A stretch of DNA of 56,747 nt, taken from Acidimicrobiia bacterium. GTDB taxonomy: Bacteria > Actinomycetota > Acidimicrobiia > Spongiisociales > UBA11373. Each line of letters begins with the position of its first letter. The first letter of the stretch is position 1. A model generated the notes under the pieces. The model was not told where the DNA came from, did not search any database, and saw only the letters and a list, made by a program, of their open reading frames with translations. This document shows positions 26,421 to 35,506 of the stretch, piece after piece. The DNA lies in NCBI GenBank assembly GCA_040878325.1, contig JBBDMM010000014.1, positions 1 through 56,747 on the forward strand, written 5' to 3'. The translations under genes were made by a program, and so were the position numbers.

Positions 26421-27956
26421 TCACCCGTCGGAGGTCGCGGTCCTGAGGACATACATCCGCCCGGAGAAGGTGACCGCCAGGATCAGGTCCGGCGCCACGG
26501 TGGCGATCCCGGTCACACAGCCTCTGGTGGCCATAATGTCGACATAGGCGGTACGGGAGTCCACCGTCCATGCTCCCTCGCGATGGATCACCTGGAGCGC
26601 CTGGAGCCGGCCGCAGCTCCCCATCAGCAGAGTGGAACCGAGCCCGACCTCGTCGGCCCATGCGACACCGGCCGAGCCGACGGTGTCGGTCACCCACACC
26701 GGCCCCCGAGTCCGCCGGCGGGGCTCGCCAAAGGTCCCGTCGACGGGGAAACCGAAGTCGTCTCCCTCGTCGATCTGCAGCACTTCCTCGCGTCGCCACG
26801 CACCCGACTGGGTGGGCCCGTCGTTGTCGACGGCCCACAGCGACCCATCGGAGGCGAAGGTGAGGCCATAAACATTCCGGAGCCCGCCGGCGAACACCTC
26901 GACGCCGGCTCCATCGGGATCGACTCGAAGGATCGAACCGAGCCAGGTTCGGTTGGGATGGTGGAGCGTCTCAATCACCTCGGGGGCGAGCCCGAGGCGA
27001 TCGAAGTTGCCCACCGACAGGTAGACCCGGCCATCAGGTCCCACAGCCAGGCCGTTGACTCCGTGATCGGTACCGGCCACGGGTAGGCCATCGAGCACCA
27101 ACCGGCCGCCCAGCAAGGCTCCGTCCGGTCCGATGGTGAACGCAGTGAGACGGCCGCTGGAGCCTTCGACGATCGCAACCTCCCCCTGCGCCGGCATCGC
27201 CTCGTCGACGTGCTCGCCCTTGCAGGTGGGGAAGGGCTCGTCGCATGGCAATGGGCCGATTTCGCTCACGAAGAGTTCGTCGCCGACGATGGCCAACCCC
27301 CGCGGATACTCGAGGCCCTCGGCGACCGTGACCAGCTCGAGCGGGTCCGTCGACGCGGCGTCGGATGGCCGGAACATCACGATCCGGCCTTGCCCGATCG
27401 TCATGTAACCGAGATCGCGCTCCCGGTCCACCGCGATCCCGAGCGGAGACCCGTCGAACTCGTGGAAGGCGACCAGCGTCAATCCCAGGGACAGGGCCGG
27501 ATCGGTGCCGGCCTCGGTGGTGGCCGTGGTCGACGACCCGGTGGTCATGGTGGTCGTGGTGGTGGCCCCCACCGCTTCGACGTCGATGGCGGGCGTCGCC
27601 GTCACCGCAACGGCCGCCAGCCCGAGCGCGGCGAGTGTCCCGAACAGCGCCAACTGTTCGATCGTGCTGGGACGGCGGTCCTGCCTCCGGTTCAGAAGGG
27701 GCAATACCCGCGTGAACAGGTAGTCGACGAGGATGAGTGAGCCTGCCACTGCGGCCACCAGCCCGATCACGGTCCAGAGCCGGTCCAAGTTCGCCCAAAA
27801 CCGCTCGAAGGTCGCGGGCCGCAAGGCAATGATCGCCACCAGGCCCACCGTCCCCGCAACCGCAGGCACGACGGTTACGCCGAGCGCCCGCCGGCCCCCG
27901 ATCTGGCGGGGCGACTGGATGACCAGCGCCAGGGCCAGCGAGGCGGCGGCGATCAC
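26421..27956 (-). CDS. Membrane-anchored glucose/sorbosone dehydrogenase-like (PQQ-type) beta-propeller
   Basis: GLEYPRGLA, HGVNGLAVGPDGRVYLSVG, GSILRVDPDG, GLRNVYGLTF; N-terminal TMs and a Thr linker; start uncertain. Confidence 0.8.
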   Translation of the reverse strand: MIAAASLALALVIQSPRQIGGRRALGVTVVPAVAGTVGLVAIIALRPATFERFWANLDRLWTVIGLVAAVAGSLILVDYLFTRVLPLLNRRQDRRPSTIEQLALFGTLAALGLAAVAVTATPAIDVEAVGATTTTTMTTGSSTTATTEAGTDPALSLGLTLVAFHEFDGSPLGIAVDRERDLGYMTIGQGRIVMFRPSDAASTDPLELVTVAEGLEYPRGLAIVGDELFVSEIGPLPCDEPFPTCKGEHVDEAMPAQGEVAIVEGSSGRLTAFTIGPDGALLGGRLVLDGLPVAGTDHGVNGLAVGPDGRVYLSVGNFDRLGLAPEVIETLHHPNRTWLGSILRVDPDGAGVEVFAGGLRNVYGLTFASDGSLWAVDNDGPTQSGAWRREEVLQIDEGDDFGFPVDGTFGEPRRRTRGPVWVTDTVGSAGVAWADEVGLGSTLLMGSCGRLQALQVIHREGAWTVDSRTAYVDIMATRGCVTGIATVAPDLILAVTFSGRMYVLRTATSDG

Positions 27957-27999
27957 GAACCAGTCGGCGGCGGCGAGCCCGGTGAGATGGCTCAGGCCA

Positions 28000-28914
28000 T
28001 CACCTCCCGAAGAGGGCCCGGATGAAGAACCACAGGTTCGCCGGGCGTTCGGCCATACGGCGGGTCAGGTACGGGTACCAGGCATCGCCGTAGGCGATGT
28101 AGACACGCAAAGGCTTCCCCTCGGCGACGAGCGAGCGCTGTAGCGACTCCCTGATCCCGTAAAGCATCTGCAGCTCCCAGGGTTCCTCCCTCCGCTCGGC
28201 CAGCCCGACAGCGAGGGTGATCCGCGCCTCGTCGTGCGTGGCGATCGCCGGCTTCGCCGATCGCTGCGCCATGAGCACACCACAGAGCCGGTCGAAGGAC
28301 CGGTCCACTTCCTTGCGCGATCGAAAGGCGATCTCCTCTGGCTCGTCGTAGGCGCCCTTGCATAGGCGAATGTGGCCCCCCAGCGGGGCCACCCTGGCTA
28401 GATCCGCATGGGTTCGGCGAAGGTATGCCTGGAGGGCAACGCCGAGGTTGCCGTGCACTCGCTGCGTCGTCTCGTAAAGACCGAGCGTCGCGGAGGTGTG
28501 GTCACTGTCCTCCATGTCGATGGTCACCGTGAGCCCTGAGGCGGCCGCGGTGGCCGCCAGTGTCTCGAGCGACCTGGCGCAGAGGTCGTCGTCAAACCCC
28601 ATCCCCAACTGGGTCAGCTTGATCGAAATGTTGGCATCGAGTCGCTCCGCCGCGATGCGGTCGAGGCATGCCAGATAGGCATCGCGCGCCGCCTCGGCGG
28701 AGACCCGATCGGTCACGTGCTCGCCGAGATGATCCAGCGAAACCGGCACGCCCGATGAATTGAGGCGTCGGGCGGCAGCCACCGCCTCGTCGAGCGACTC
28801 ACCGGCAACGAACCGCAATGCCACCCGTCGGCCCACCCGGGTATCGGTGAACAGCCAACGCACCCAACGCCACCGGGTGATGCCAAGCACGAGACGCACG
28901 ATGAACCCCTTCAC
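28000..28914 (-). CDS. Monofunctional proline dehydrogenase
   Basis: RFVAGE, SLDHLGE, SIKLTQLG, IDMED, LQAYLRRT, RLCKGAY, ATHD, QMLYGIR, WYPYLTRRMAERPAN. Confidence 0.95.
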   Translation of the reverse strand: MKGFIVRLVLGITRWRWVRWLFTDTRVGRRVALRFVAGESLDEAVAAARRLNSSGVPVSLDHLGEHVTDRVSAEAARDAYLACLDRIAAERLDANISIKLTQLGMGFDDDLCARSLETLAATAAASGLTVTIDMEDSDHTSATLGLYETTQRVHGNLGVALQAYLRRTHADLARVAPLGGHIRLCKGAYDEPEEIAFRSRKEVDRSFDRLCGVLMAQRSAKPAIATHDEARITLAVGLAERREEPWELQMLYGIRESLQRSLVAEGKPLRVYIAYGDAWYPYLTRRMAERPANLWFFIRALFGR

Positions 28915-29744
28915 GGGGCCTCCCCGGGGTCCGCAGCCCGCTGTCCCATCTCACGCGATCGAGCGGCGGCTGCCCGTACCGCGTCCTCCACCAACGCCCG
29001 AAAGCCTCTTTCCTCCAGCAAGTGCACCGCGGCCGCAGTGGTTCCCCCCGGGCTGGTGACCTGGGCTCGCAGCCGGGTCGGGCTGAGGTCCGAGTCGGCC
29101 AGCAACATCCCCGCCCCTCGCAATGTTCGCTCGACCAGCTTCTCGGCGAGGTGGCGGGGGATCCCCTCCCTGATGGCCGCGTCGCAGAGCGCCTCGGCGA
29201 GCAGAAACACATATGCCGGCCCGGTACCGGACACCGCGGTGACGGCATCGAGCAGGGACTCGTCGAGTACCACCGATTGGCCAACCGCTTCGAGCACCGT
29301 CCTCGCCTTGGCGAGGTGATCATCCGAGGCGTGGGTGCCACGGGCGAGGGCAGTGATTCCCTCGGCGATCTGGGCGGGCGTGTTGGGCATCGCCCGCACC
29401 ACCGGGACCGTTCCCAGGGCCCGTTCGAACACCGCGATGGGCACTCCGGCGGCGAGCGAAACGATCACCTGGACGGAGGTGACCGTCGGGGCCAAGTGCT
29501 CTAGGAGCCGGCCGACATCGTTGGGCTTGACGGCCACCACCACGATGTCCCGGCCGGCAGCGGCCTCCGCGGCGTCCAGGATACACCGCACCCCGGTGGC
29601 TTCCGCCACTTCGCGGCGCCGCTCCTCGCGCCGGGCCGCCAGCACGATCGAACCGATTGGCCACCCGGCCTTCACGAGCCCCGTGGCAAGCGCTTCGCCG
29701 ATGGCGCCCGCACCGAGGATGGCGACGGTGGAGTGGCCTCCCAT
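28911..29744 (-). CDS. proC: Pyrroline-5-carboxylate reductase
   Basis: GAGAIG, AVKP, SLAAGV, RAMPNTP, TAVSGTGPAY, VTSPGGTT. Confidence 0.95.
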   Translation of the reverse strand: MGGHSTVAILGAGAIGEALATGLVKAGWPIGSIVLAARREERRREVAEATGVRCILDAAEAAAGRDIVVVAVKPNDVGRLLEHLAPTVTSVQVIVSLAAGVPIAVFERALGTVPVVRAMPNTPAQIAEGITALARGTHASDDHLAKARTVLEAVGQSVVLDESLLDAVTAVSGTGPAYVFLLAEALCDAAIREGIPRHLAEKLVERTLRGAGMLLADSDLSPTRLRAQVTSPGGTTAAAVHLLEERGFRALVEDAVRAAAARSREMGQRAADPGEAP

Positions 29745-29847
29745 GATCGCGGAGTGTAGGGAGGGGGCCATGCAGGGCATCCCGGGTTGCCCGACACGGA
29801 GTGGTGTCTAGGAGTACGCTCCCCGGCAACTCAGCAGGGGGGATGAC

Positions 29848-31095
29848 TTGAGGGGTACTCGGGCGCTGGTTCTGGCATTCGTTCTGGTGGTCGCGGCATG
29901 TGGCGGCTCGGCGGATTCGACGTCGACTACTGAAACCGCGTCGACGACGACGACAGGCGCAGCCACCACCGTCACCAGCGACGACGGGATCATCGAGATC
30001 GAGGTACCGGCCGACGCCGGTGCCGAGGTCACTGTCGCCACGGTCTCGGAGGTTCCCGAGGAGTTCGAGGGCCTCCCGCTCGTCGGGCCCGTCTATGAGT
30101 TGGGTCCCGACGGAGCCACGTTCGGCACCGCGGTGACGATCACGGCAACCTTCGACGCCGACGACGTGCCCGGGCACCCGGGCACCCTGCTCCTTCCCGT
30201 TCTCCTCTCGAGTGACGGGACCTTCGACACGCTCGTCGACATCCACGTGGAAGTGAGTGAGTCCCAAGCGATCGTGACCGGAACGACGGAGCACTTCAGC
30301 CTGCTGACGTTCGTGGCATTGGGGCCTGAGGGGGATCATGGCGCAGGTGCCAGAGTCGCGATGGATCCGCCCTCGGTCGAGCGGAAGGTGGGCGAGTCCT
30401 TCGTGGCCAAATCGGTTCTGGCCATGTTCTCGGAGGACCACGACCGGGTCCTGGTGGACGAGTGGCACTTCGATCCGAGCGTGCTCGCGGGAGGCGTTAC
30501 AGAGACCTCGATGGGCACCACCTTCACGTGCATTGCGCCCGGTACTTCGGAGTACGCCGCCGACGTTCGACTCACCGCCGCCCCGCTTTCCAACGTGGCC
30601 ATAGAGCAGGACGGAGAGAAACTCACGGTCCTGGAGCAACTGCTCAAGGCCGTAACCGAAGGTCGCGCCGTGGTGGAGGTCACCGCAGAGATCACCATCA
30701 GCGGAATCGCCACGTGTGTCGAATCCGGTGACACCGACGCTCTGTGCGATCCGGACAATGACGTGGGCTGCAACCGGTTCGACATCGGCGGTTACACCGT
30801 CACCACCAAGTTGCCGGAGCAGGCGGGCGACTCGTTCAACCTGCAGGCCCACGTCACCGATCCCACTGGGACGCCGGCGGCCGGAATGGACTTCTACGGG
30901 AGCACATGGCAAACCGGCGGGACCCCTGGCGACCCGAACGCCCAACACATCGGTCCGATCCAGACCGACGCGGACGGAAACGTGGTGATCGGCTTCATGA
31001 GCTACCCGGACCCGTGGGACGTGTACTTCTCGTTCATGAACGAGGTGAGACTGGCAGGGATGTTCGACGCGAACGGCTTCTTCTTCTTCCCCTAG
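29848..31095 (+). CDS. Lipoprotein with a ZU5-like domain
   Basis: Lipobox VVAAC, Thr-rich linker, GPVYELGPDGATFGTAVTIT...TEHFS (ZU5-like). Confidence 0.7.
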   Translation: MRGTRALVLAFVLVVAACGGSADSTSTTETASTTTTGAATTVTSDDGIIEIEVPADAGAEVTVATVSEVPEEFEGLPLVGPVYELGPDGATFGTAVTITATFDADDVPGHPGTLLLPVLLSSDGTFDTLVDIHVEVSESQAIVTGTTEHFSLLTFVALGPEGDHGAGARVAMDPPSVERKVGESFVAKSVLAMFSEDHDRVLVDEWHFDPSVLAGGVTETSMGTTFTCIAPGTSEYAADVRLTAAPLSNVAIEQDGEKLTVLEQLLKAVTEGRAVVEVTAEITISGIATCVESGDTDALCDPDNDVGCNRFDIGGYTVTTKLPEQAGDSFNLQAHVTDPTGTPAAGMDFYGSTWQTGGTPGDPNAQHIGPIQTDADGNVVIGFMSYPDPWDVYFSFMNEVRLAGMFDANGFFFFP

Positions 31096-31096
31096 A

Positions 31097-31614
31097 GGAC
31101 GGAGAGGGCAGCAGAGAAGGGTTCTCCTCCGCCGTCTCCGACGGGGGAGGTGGCTGCCGGAAAAAGAAGCGTCCTCCTCCGCCGTCCTCGGCGCGGGAGG
31201 TGCCGAGCGCAGCGAGGCGGAGGGGGCAGCCAAGCGAACGATGTGAGCCGACAGCGTGCGGCCCAACGAGATCTTCAAGACCGGGCCCAGGCTCGCACGC
31301 AGAGTCAGCTGCCCCCCTCGCAAGGAACCCAAAGGGTTCCCGCACTCCCCGGGAGACGCAGAAAAAAGAAGCGTCCTCCTCCGTCGTCCTCGACGGGGGA
31401 GGTGGCTGCCGGGCAATCGCCCGGCAGACGGAGGGGGCAGTGGAGACAGAGGCACTCCGACGACAGTGCCTCCGAAAGTCGGTTGACGGGCCGCCCGTCA
31501 ACCGAAGACGGCCCTTTCGGATCCAGTCCTGCTCGCAGGGGGCTCACTTCGTTCGCTTAGCTGCCCCGCTCGCCCCTCCGGGGCACTTCCCCTCGGAATA
31601 CCGGGGGGAGACGC
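31097..31614. repeat. Cluster of palindromic repeat units arranged as inverted doublets (REPIN/BIME-like), with no coding gene
   Basis: Forward units at 31121-31160 (partial), 31165-31230 and 31367-31440; reverse units at 31308-31359 and 31560-31614. The central 25-nt palindrome 31480-31504 is identical to 51714-51738. Confidence 0.9.
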
Positions 31615-31696
31615 TCGGACAGAAGGTCCTCGTGCTGGTCAATGACCTCCTCAATCCCCGGCCCAACCCCAGCTCTCCCCCCTATCGTTGCCGGCG

Positions 31697-32389
31697 ATGA
31701 CCGAGCCGAGATTCATCCCCTACCGACCACCCCGGCTCCCCCCCGAGGAAACCCGGCGGCGGGCGCGGGAGTTCTACGAGATGCTCGATGGCCGGCGTAG
31801 TGTCCGGATGTTCTCCCCCGACCCGGTGCCCCGCGAAGTCATCGAAGACCTCGTCCGAACCGCGTCGACCGCTCCCTCTGGTGCCCACCGGCAGCCGTGG
31901 CGGTTCGTCCTGGTCGGTGATCTCGAAGTGAAGACTGCGATCCGCGACGCCGCCGAGGCCGAGGAGCGCGAGAACTACCTGGGGGGCCGCCTCCCCCCGG
32001 ACTGGCTCGAAGCCCTCGCTCCGCTGGGCACGGATGAGAACAAGCCCTACCTGGAGATCGCCCCCTGGCTGGTGGTGCTCTTCGAGGAGCGGTACCAGGT
32101 GGACGCCGACGGCGCACGGCGGAAGAACTTCTACGTCAAGGAAAGCGTCGGCATCGCCGCCGGGATGTTCGTGGCGGCAGTGCACCACGCCGGCCTGGCG
32201 ACGCTGCCCCACACCCCCAGCCCCATGGCATTCCTGGCGAAGGTGCTCGGCCGGCCCGAGAACGAGCGACCGTTCGCCCTCTTCCCGGTGGGCTACCCGG
32301 CACCCGACTGCGTGGTACCCGACATCCAAAGAAAGCGCCTCGAAGAAGTGATCGCCGACCCCCCGGATTCTGCAGCGGGCAGCGGGTAG
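31697..32389 (+). CDS. Nitroreductase family, iodotyrosine deiodinase (IYD)-like
   Basis: RRSVRMF, TAPSGAHRQPW, AAEAEERENY, LAPLGTDENKPYLEIAP, YVKESVGIA, HTPSPMAFL, PVGYP. Confidence 0.85.
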   Translation: MTEPRFIPYRPPRLPPEETRRRAREFYEMLDGRRSVRMFSPDPVPREVIEDLVRTASTAPSGAHRQPWRFVLVGDLEVKTAIRDAAEAEERENYLGGRLPPDWLEALAPLGTDENKPYLEIAPWLVVLFEERYQVDADGARRKNFYVKESVGIAAGMFVAAVHHAGLATLPHTPSPMAFLAKVLGRPENERPFALFPVGYPAPDCVVPDIQRKRLEEVIADPPDSAAGSG

Positions 32390-32418
32390 CGGGCAGCCGG
32401 GCCGAGCGAAGCGAGGCC
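32372..32418. repeat. (GCAGCGG)x4 imperfect heptamer tract plus GGGCCGAGCGAAGCGAGGCC
   Basis: Between convergent genes. The 20-mer is identical to 21216-21235 and one mismatch from GCCGAGCGCAGCGAGGC at 31202-31218. Confidence 0.7.
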
Positions 32419-32420
32419 CT

Positions 32421-34856
32421 CTAACTGTCGACGTCGTACTTGCCGCGGGGGAGGTTCGTGAAGGAGTACGCGCCCTGGGCGTCGGCCACGGTCGACATGG
32501 TGTAGTCGTCGGCAGTTCCGAAGGCGGCGTCGAAGCCGGCCCAGGTCAGGATCACGACTGCGCCCGGATCCACCGGATGGAAGGACTGGTTGATGATCCT
32601 GCGACCCCGGTAGCCGAAGTCGAGGCCCGAGACCGTTTCGCCCGGCCCCACGGCGACGGCGGACTCGGCGTCAGCGGTGCCATCGGGGCCGGTGGTAATG
32701 GACAGACCGGCAGGCACCCCCCCAATGACCCTGATGAAGTACTGGCCGGCGGCGGACGGGCTCAGGGCGAACCTTCCGGCCGCGTCGGTGGTGGTCGAGC
32801 CGATGGCCGCACCGTTCGAATCGAGGAGTTCGACGACCACGCCCGGGATCCCCGGTTCATCGTCGTCCATCGCCTGATCGCCGTCGAAGTCAACGAAGAC
32901 GTCGCCCTCGAGTATCTGGGGCAGGTACTCGTACCCGATGGCCGCCGCCGCTATGTGGCTTCCGCCGCTCGCCACGATGGTCTGTCGGGCATTGCCGGTG
33001 GTCAGCCCCATGCCGGGTGGCAGTGAGCCGGCGAGCACTTCTACCTCGACCGGGCCCGGGGTCACCAGGGCCGACCACGACCCGCCGCTGCCCGTCACCG
33101 CGGTCATGGAGCCCAGCCCACCGATCGTCACCGACACCCGGGCACCGCCTATGCCGGGTTCGCCCCCGTCCCTGACGCCGTCCCCATCGAGATCGGCAAA
33201 CACCAGGCCGCCCACGGTGGTCCCCGCCGGGGTGAAACCGATGGCAGTAGCCGAGACGCCGGTGGCCGGGTTGGCTTCGTTGTCGGTGACCCGGGCGATC
33301 AGGTTGCTGGTGTAGTTGCCGTCACCGTGCTCGCCCTCGACCGCACCGCTGAAGGTGCAGGTGAGGACGCCGCCGACGCTGATCGGTAGCCCGGCCTTGG
33401 GGAGACACGAGTTGGCGGACACCGCCGGGTTGTTCGGATCCAGAAGATTGCCGAATGTCATGTCGTAGAGGACCGCCAACACGACCGGTTCGACGCTTTG
33501 GTTGACGAGTCGAACGGTGAAGGTGATCGGGCCACCCGGCTCGACGACGACGATCGACGATGGGGTGATCGACGCCGCGACGGCAGGCAGGGAGTCGGCG
33601 AACTGGACACTGAACGACCTCGATGCCGTCGCTCGATTCGACTGGCGGTCGACGACCACGACCCGGGTGGAATGGGCGCTCGGCCCGGTGGAGGTGTCGC
33701 CGAGGACTGCTCCGACGAAGCTGCAGTTGATCGTGACACCCGGACGATGGGTGCGTGCCAGGGCGGGGCAGGTGTTGTCGGCGACGAGGGAATTGTTCGG
33801 ATCGAGCAGGTCGCCGAACACCGAGTCGGTCAGCGAGGTGAGCCTCACCTGCTCCTCCGATCGGTTGGTGATCGTGAGCGCCACCGGAAGGGCACCGCCG
33901 GGCTCATCGAGGGTGGTCGCCGACGGGACGACTTCGAAGGCCACGATCGGATCGACATCGTTGAACGCCACCACCAGGGTGGCGGTGTCGGTAGCCACGT
34001 AGCCCACGGCGTCTTCGGTGCGGACGGTCAACACGCCCGAGTAGTCGGGCTCCCCACCGAATCCGGAGACGACGCCCACATAGGTGCACGAGAGACTGCC
34101 CCAGGGCTCCATGGTCAGGTCGGCGGTGGCGCAGGTGTTCTCGCTGACGAGCGAGTTGTCGGGGTCGAGGAGGTCGCCGAACAACTGATCGGCAAGGGCG
34201 GTCACCTCGACGCGGCGATCTGAATCGTTGGTCAACTCGACAGCGAAGACGACCGGTCCGCCGGGCTCATCGACGGAGTCTCGGTCGGCCGACACCGCCA
34301 GCACCGCGTTGAGAGGGGGCAGCGGCGGGTTCGTGGTCGAGGGGTCGGGCTGGCCGACGGTGGTCGACGGCGCGATCTGATCGTCGGGATCGGGGTCGGG
34401 AATGGCGATACCTGATTCGGGCCGGGGGAGGTCAATGCCGATCACGTCGGCGGCGTCGGCGATCACCCGCTGAATCGGATCGGGCAATACGCCGGCGACC
34501 GCCCCACCACCGAGGGTGAGCGCCAGCATCGAACCGATGAGCACCTTGAGGGCGACGCCGTGAAGGACGAACCGGCGGACACCCAGCGGCCCCCTGGCGG
34601 ATGCGGCAGCGGCAACCGGCGCACCCATGGCGTCGCGAGCGGTGGCCGCAGCCATCTCGGCGAGCCGATCTGCCGAGCCCGGGGGCGTATCGGCGACCAT
34701 TACCGAGCGGAAACGGGTGATAGCATCGGCCAGACCGGCGAGGTCCGGCCGGTCATCCGGGACGCGGCCGGACAACAGGCTTTCGACAGCCTGATCACTC
34801 AGCGCGCGCGGCATGGCATCACTCTCATCACCCCTGTAACCGCCAAACACGCTCAT
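32421..34856 (-). CDS. Putative anti-sigma-like membrane protein with three tandem Ig-like repeats and SdrD-B-like domains (alternative start 34814)
   Basis: Cytoplasmic N-terminus, TM, LPDPIQRVIADAA, 3x EPGG..F...LTN.S...FG[DN]LLDP.N...N[TS]C, then GLVFADLDGDGVRDGGEPGI and GDVFVDFDGDQAMDDDEPGI. ATGA overlap with the ECF gene. Confidence 0.75.
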   Translation of the reverse strand: MSVFGGYRGDESDAMPRALSDQAVESLLSGRVPDDRPDLAGLADAITRFRSVMVADTPPGSADRLAEMAAATARDAMGAPVAAAASARGPLGVRRFVLHGVALKVLIGSMLALTLGGGAVAGVLPDPIQRVIADAADVIGIDLPRPESGIAIPDPDPDDQIAPSTTVGQPDPSTTNPPLPPLNAVLAVSADRDSVDEPGGPVVFAVELTNDSDRRVEVTALADQLFGDLLDPDNSLVSENTCATADLTMEPWGSLSCTYVGVVSGFGGEPDYSGVLTVRTEDAVGYVATDTATLVVAFNDVDPIVAFEVVPSATTLDEPGGALPVALTITNRSEEQVRLTSLTDSVFGDLLDPNNSLVADNTCPALARTHRPGVTINCSFVGAVLGDTSTGPSAHSTRVVVVDRQSNRATASRSFSVQFADSLPAVAASITPSSIVVVEPGGPITFTVRLVNQSVEPVVLAVLYDMTFGNLLDPNNPAVSANSCLPKAGLPISVGGVLTCTFSGAVEGEHGDGNYTSNLIARVTDNEANPATGVSATAIGFTPAGTTVGGLVFADLDGDGVRDGGEPGIGGARVSVTIGGLGSMTAVTGSGGSWSALVTPGPVEVEVLAGSLPPGMGLTTGNARQTIVASGGSHIAAAAIGYEYLPQILEGDVFVDFDGDQAMDDDEPGIPGVVVELLDSNGAAIGSTTTDAAGRFALSPSAAGQYFIRVIGGVPAGLSITTGPDGTADAESAVAVGPGETVSGLDFGYRGRRIINQSFHPVDPGAVVILTWAGFDAAFGTADDYTMSTVADAQGAYSFTNLPRGKYDVDS

Positions 34857-34864
34857 CGGGGTAT
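34837..34864 (-). promoter_or_regulatory. Candidate ECF promoter ATACCC-N16-CGGTTA at the 3' end of the sigma gene
   Basis: Same spacing and similar boxes as 9468-9495. Confidence 0.35.
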
Positions 34865-35407
34865 GCCTTCGCTTTCGAGATGCTTGCCCAGCGCAGCCAG
34901 CCCCCTGCGCTGCAGGGCCTTCACCGCACCCTCTGATTTGCCGACAACCGCGGCGATCTCGGGCACGGTCAGGCCCGACAGGATGCGCAAGAGCAGCACA
35001 TCGCGCTGGGCGGGGACCAGCTTGAGGATGAGGGCGCGAATCCGCTCAGCCTGAGACGAGTCGATGACCTCACCGGCGGTGACATCGCCCTCGTCCGGGA
35101 GCAGGTCGGCGATCGTATCGGTGGGATCGACGGGATTGCGCCGCAACCGCCGTCGTTCGTCGATCACGCGGTTGTGTGCAATCTGAAACACCCACGACCG
35201 GAATCCCTTCTCCACACCCTCGAAGCTGTGGATGTTCCGGGCGAGTTGGAGAAACACTTCGGCGAGGAGATCGTCGGGTTCCCGAGCGCCCTGGGCGCGG
35301 ATGTACCCGAGGACCTGGCCGGCGAGGTCGTCGTGAAGCCTTCTCCAAGCCCACGCGCCGCCCGCCTGCGCGGCGCGCAAGACGTCAGCAAATTCCTGCT
35401 CCAGCAA
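34853..35407 (-). CDS. ECF RNA polymerase sigma factor (copy 2, paralog of 8041-8610)
   Basis: FRSWVFQIAHNRVIDERRR; QRDVLLLRILSGLTVPEIAAVVGKSEGAVKALQRRGL. Confidence 0.93.
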   Translation of the reverse strand: MLEQEFADVLRAAQAGGAWAWRRLHDDLAGQVLGYIRAQGAREPDDLLAEVFLQLARNIHSFEGVEKGFRSWVFQIAHNRVIDERRRLRRNPVDPTDTIADLLPDEGDVTAGEVIDSSQAERIRALILKLVPAQRDVLLLRILSGLTVPEIAAVVGKSEGAVKALQRRGLAALGKHLESEGIPR

Positions 35408-35506
35408 ACTCGCCAGCCCTCCAATTCCGGGGACGGGGAGCCAGAAACCTACCCCTTGGCAGCCCGTGACCCGGCCGCCGGCGGCAAGCGGGGGCCCAAC
35501 AACGCG

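Noticed and set aside
31097..31614. Possible CRISPR array
   Set aside because: The units are long, degenerate, in both orientations and irregularly spaced; the spacers are themselves repeated elsewhere; no cas genes are present.
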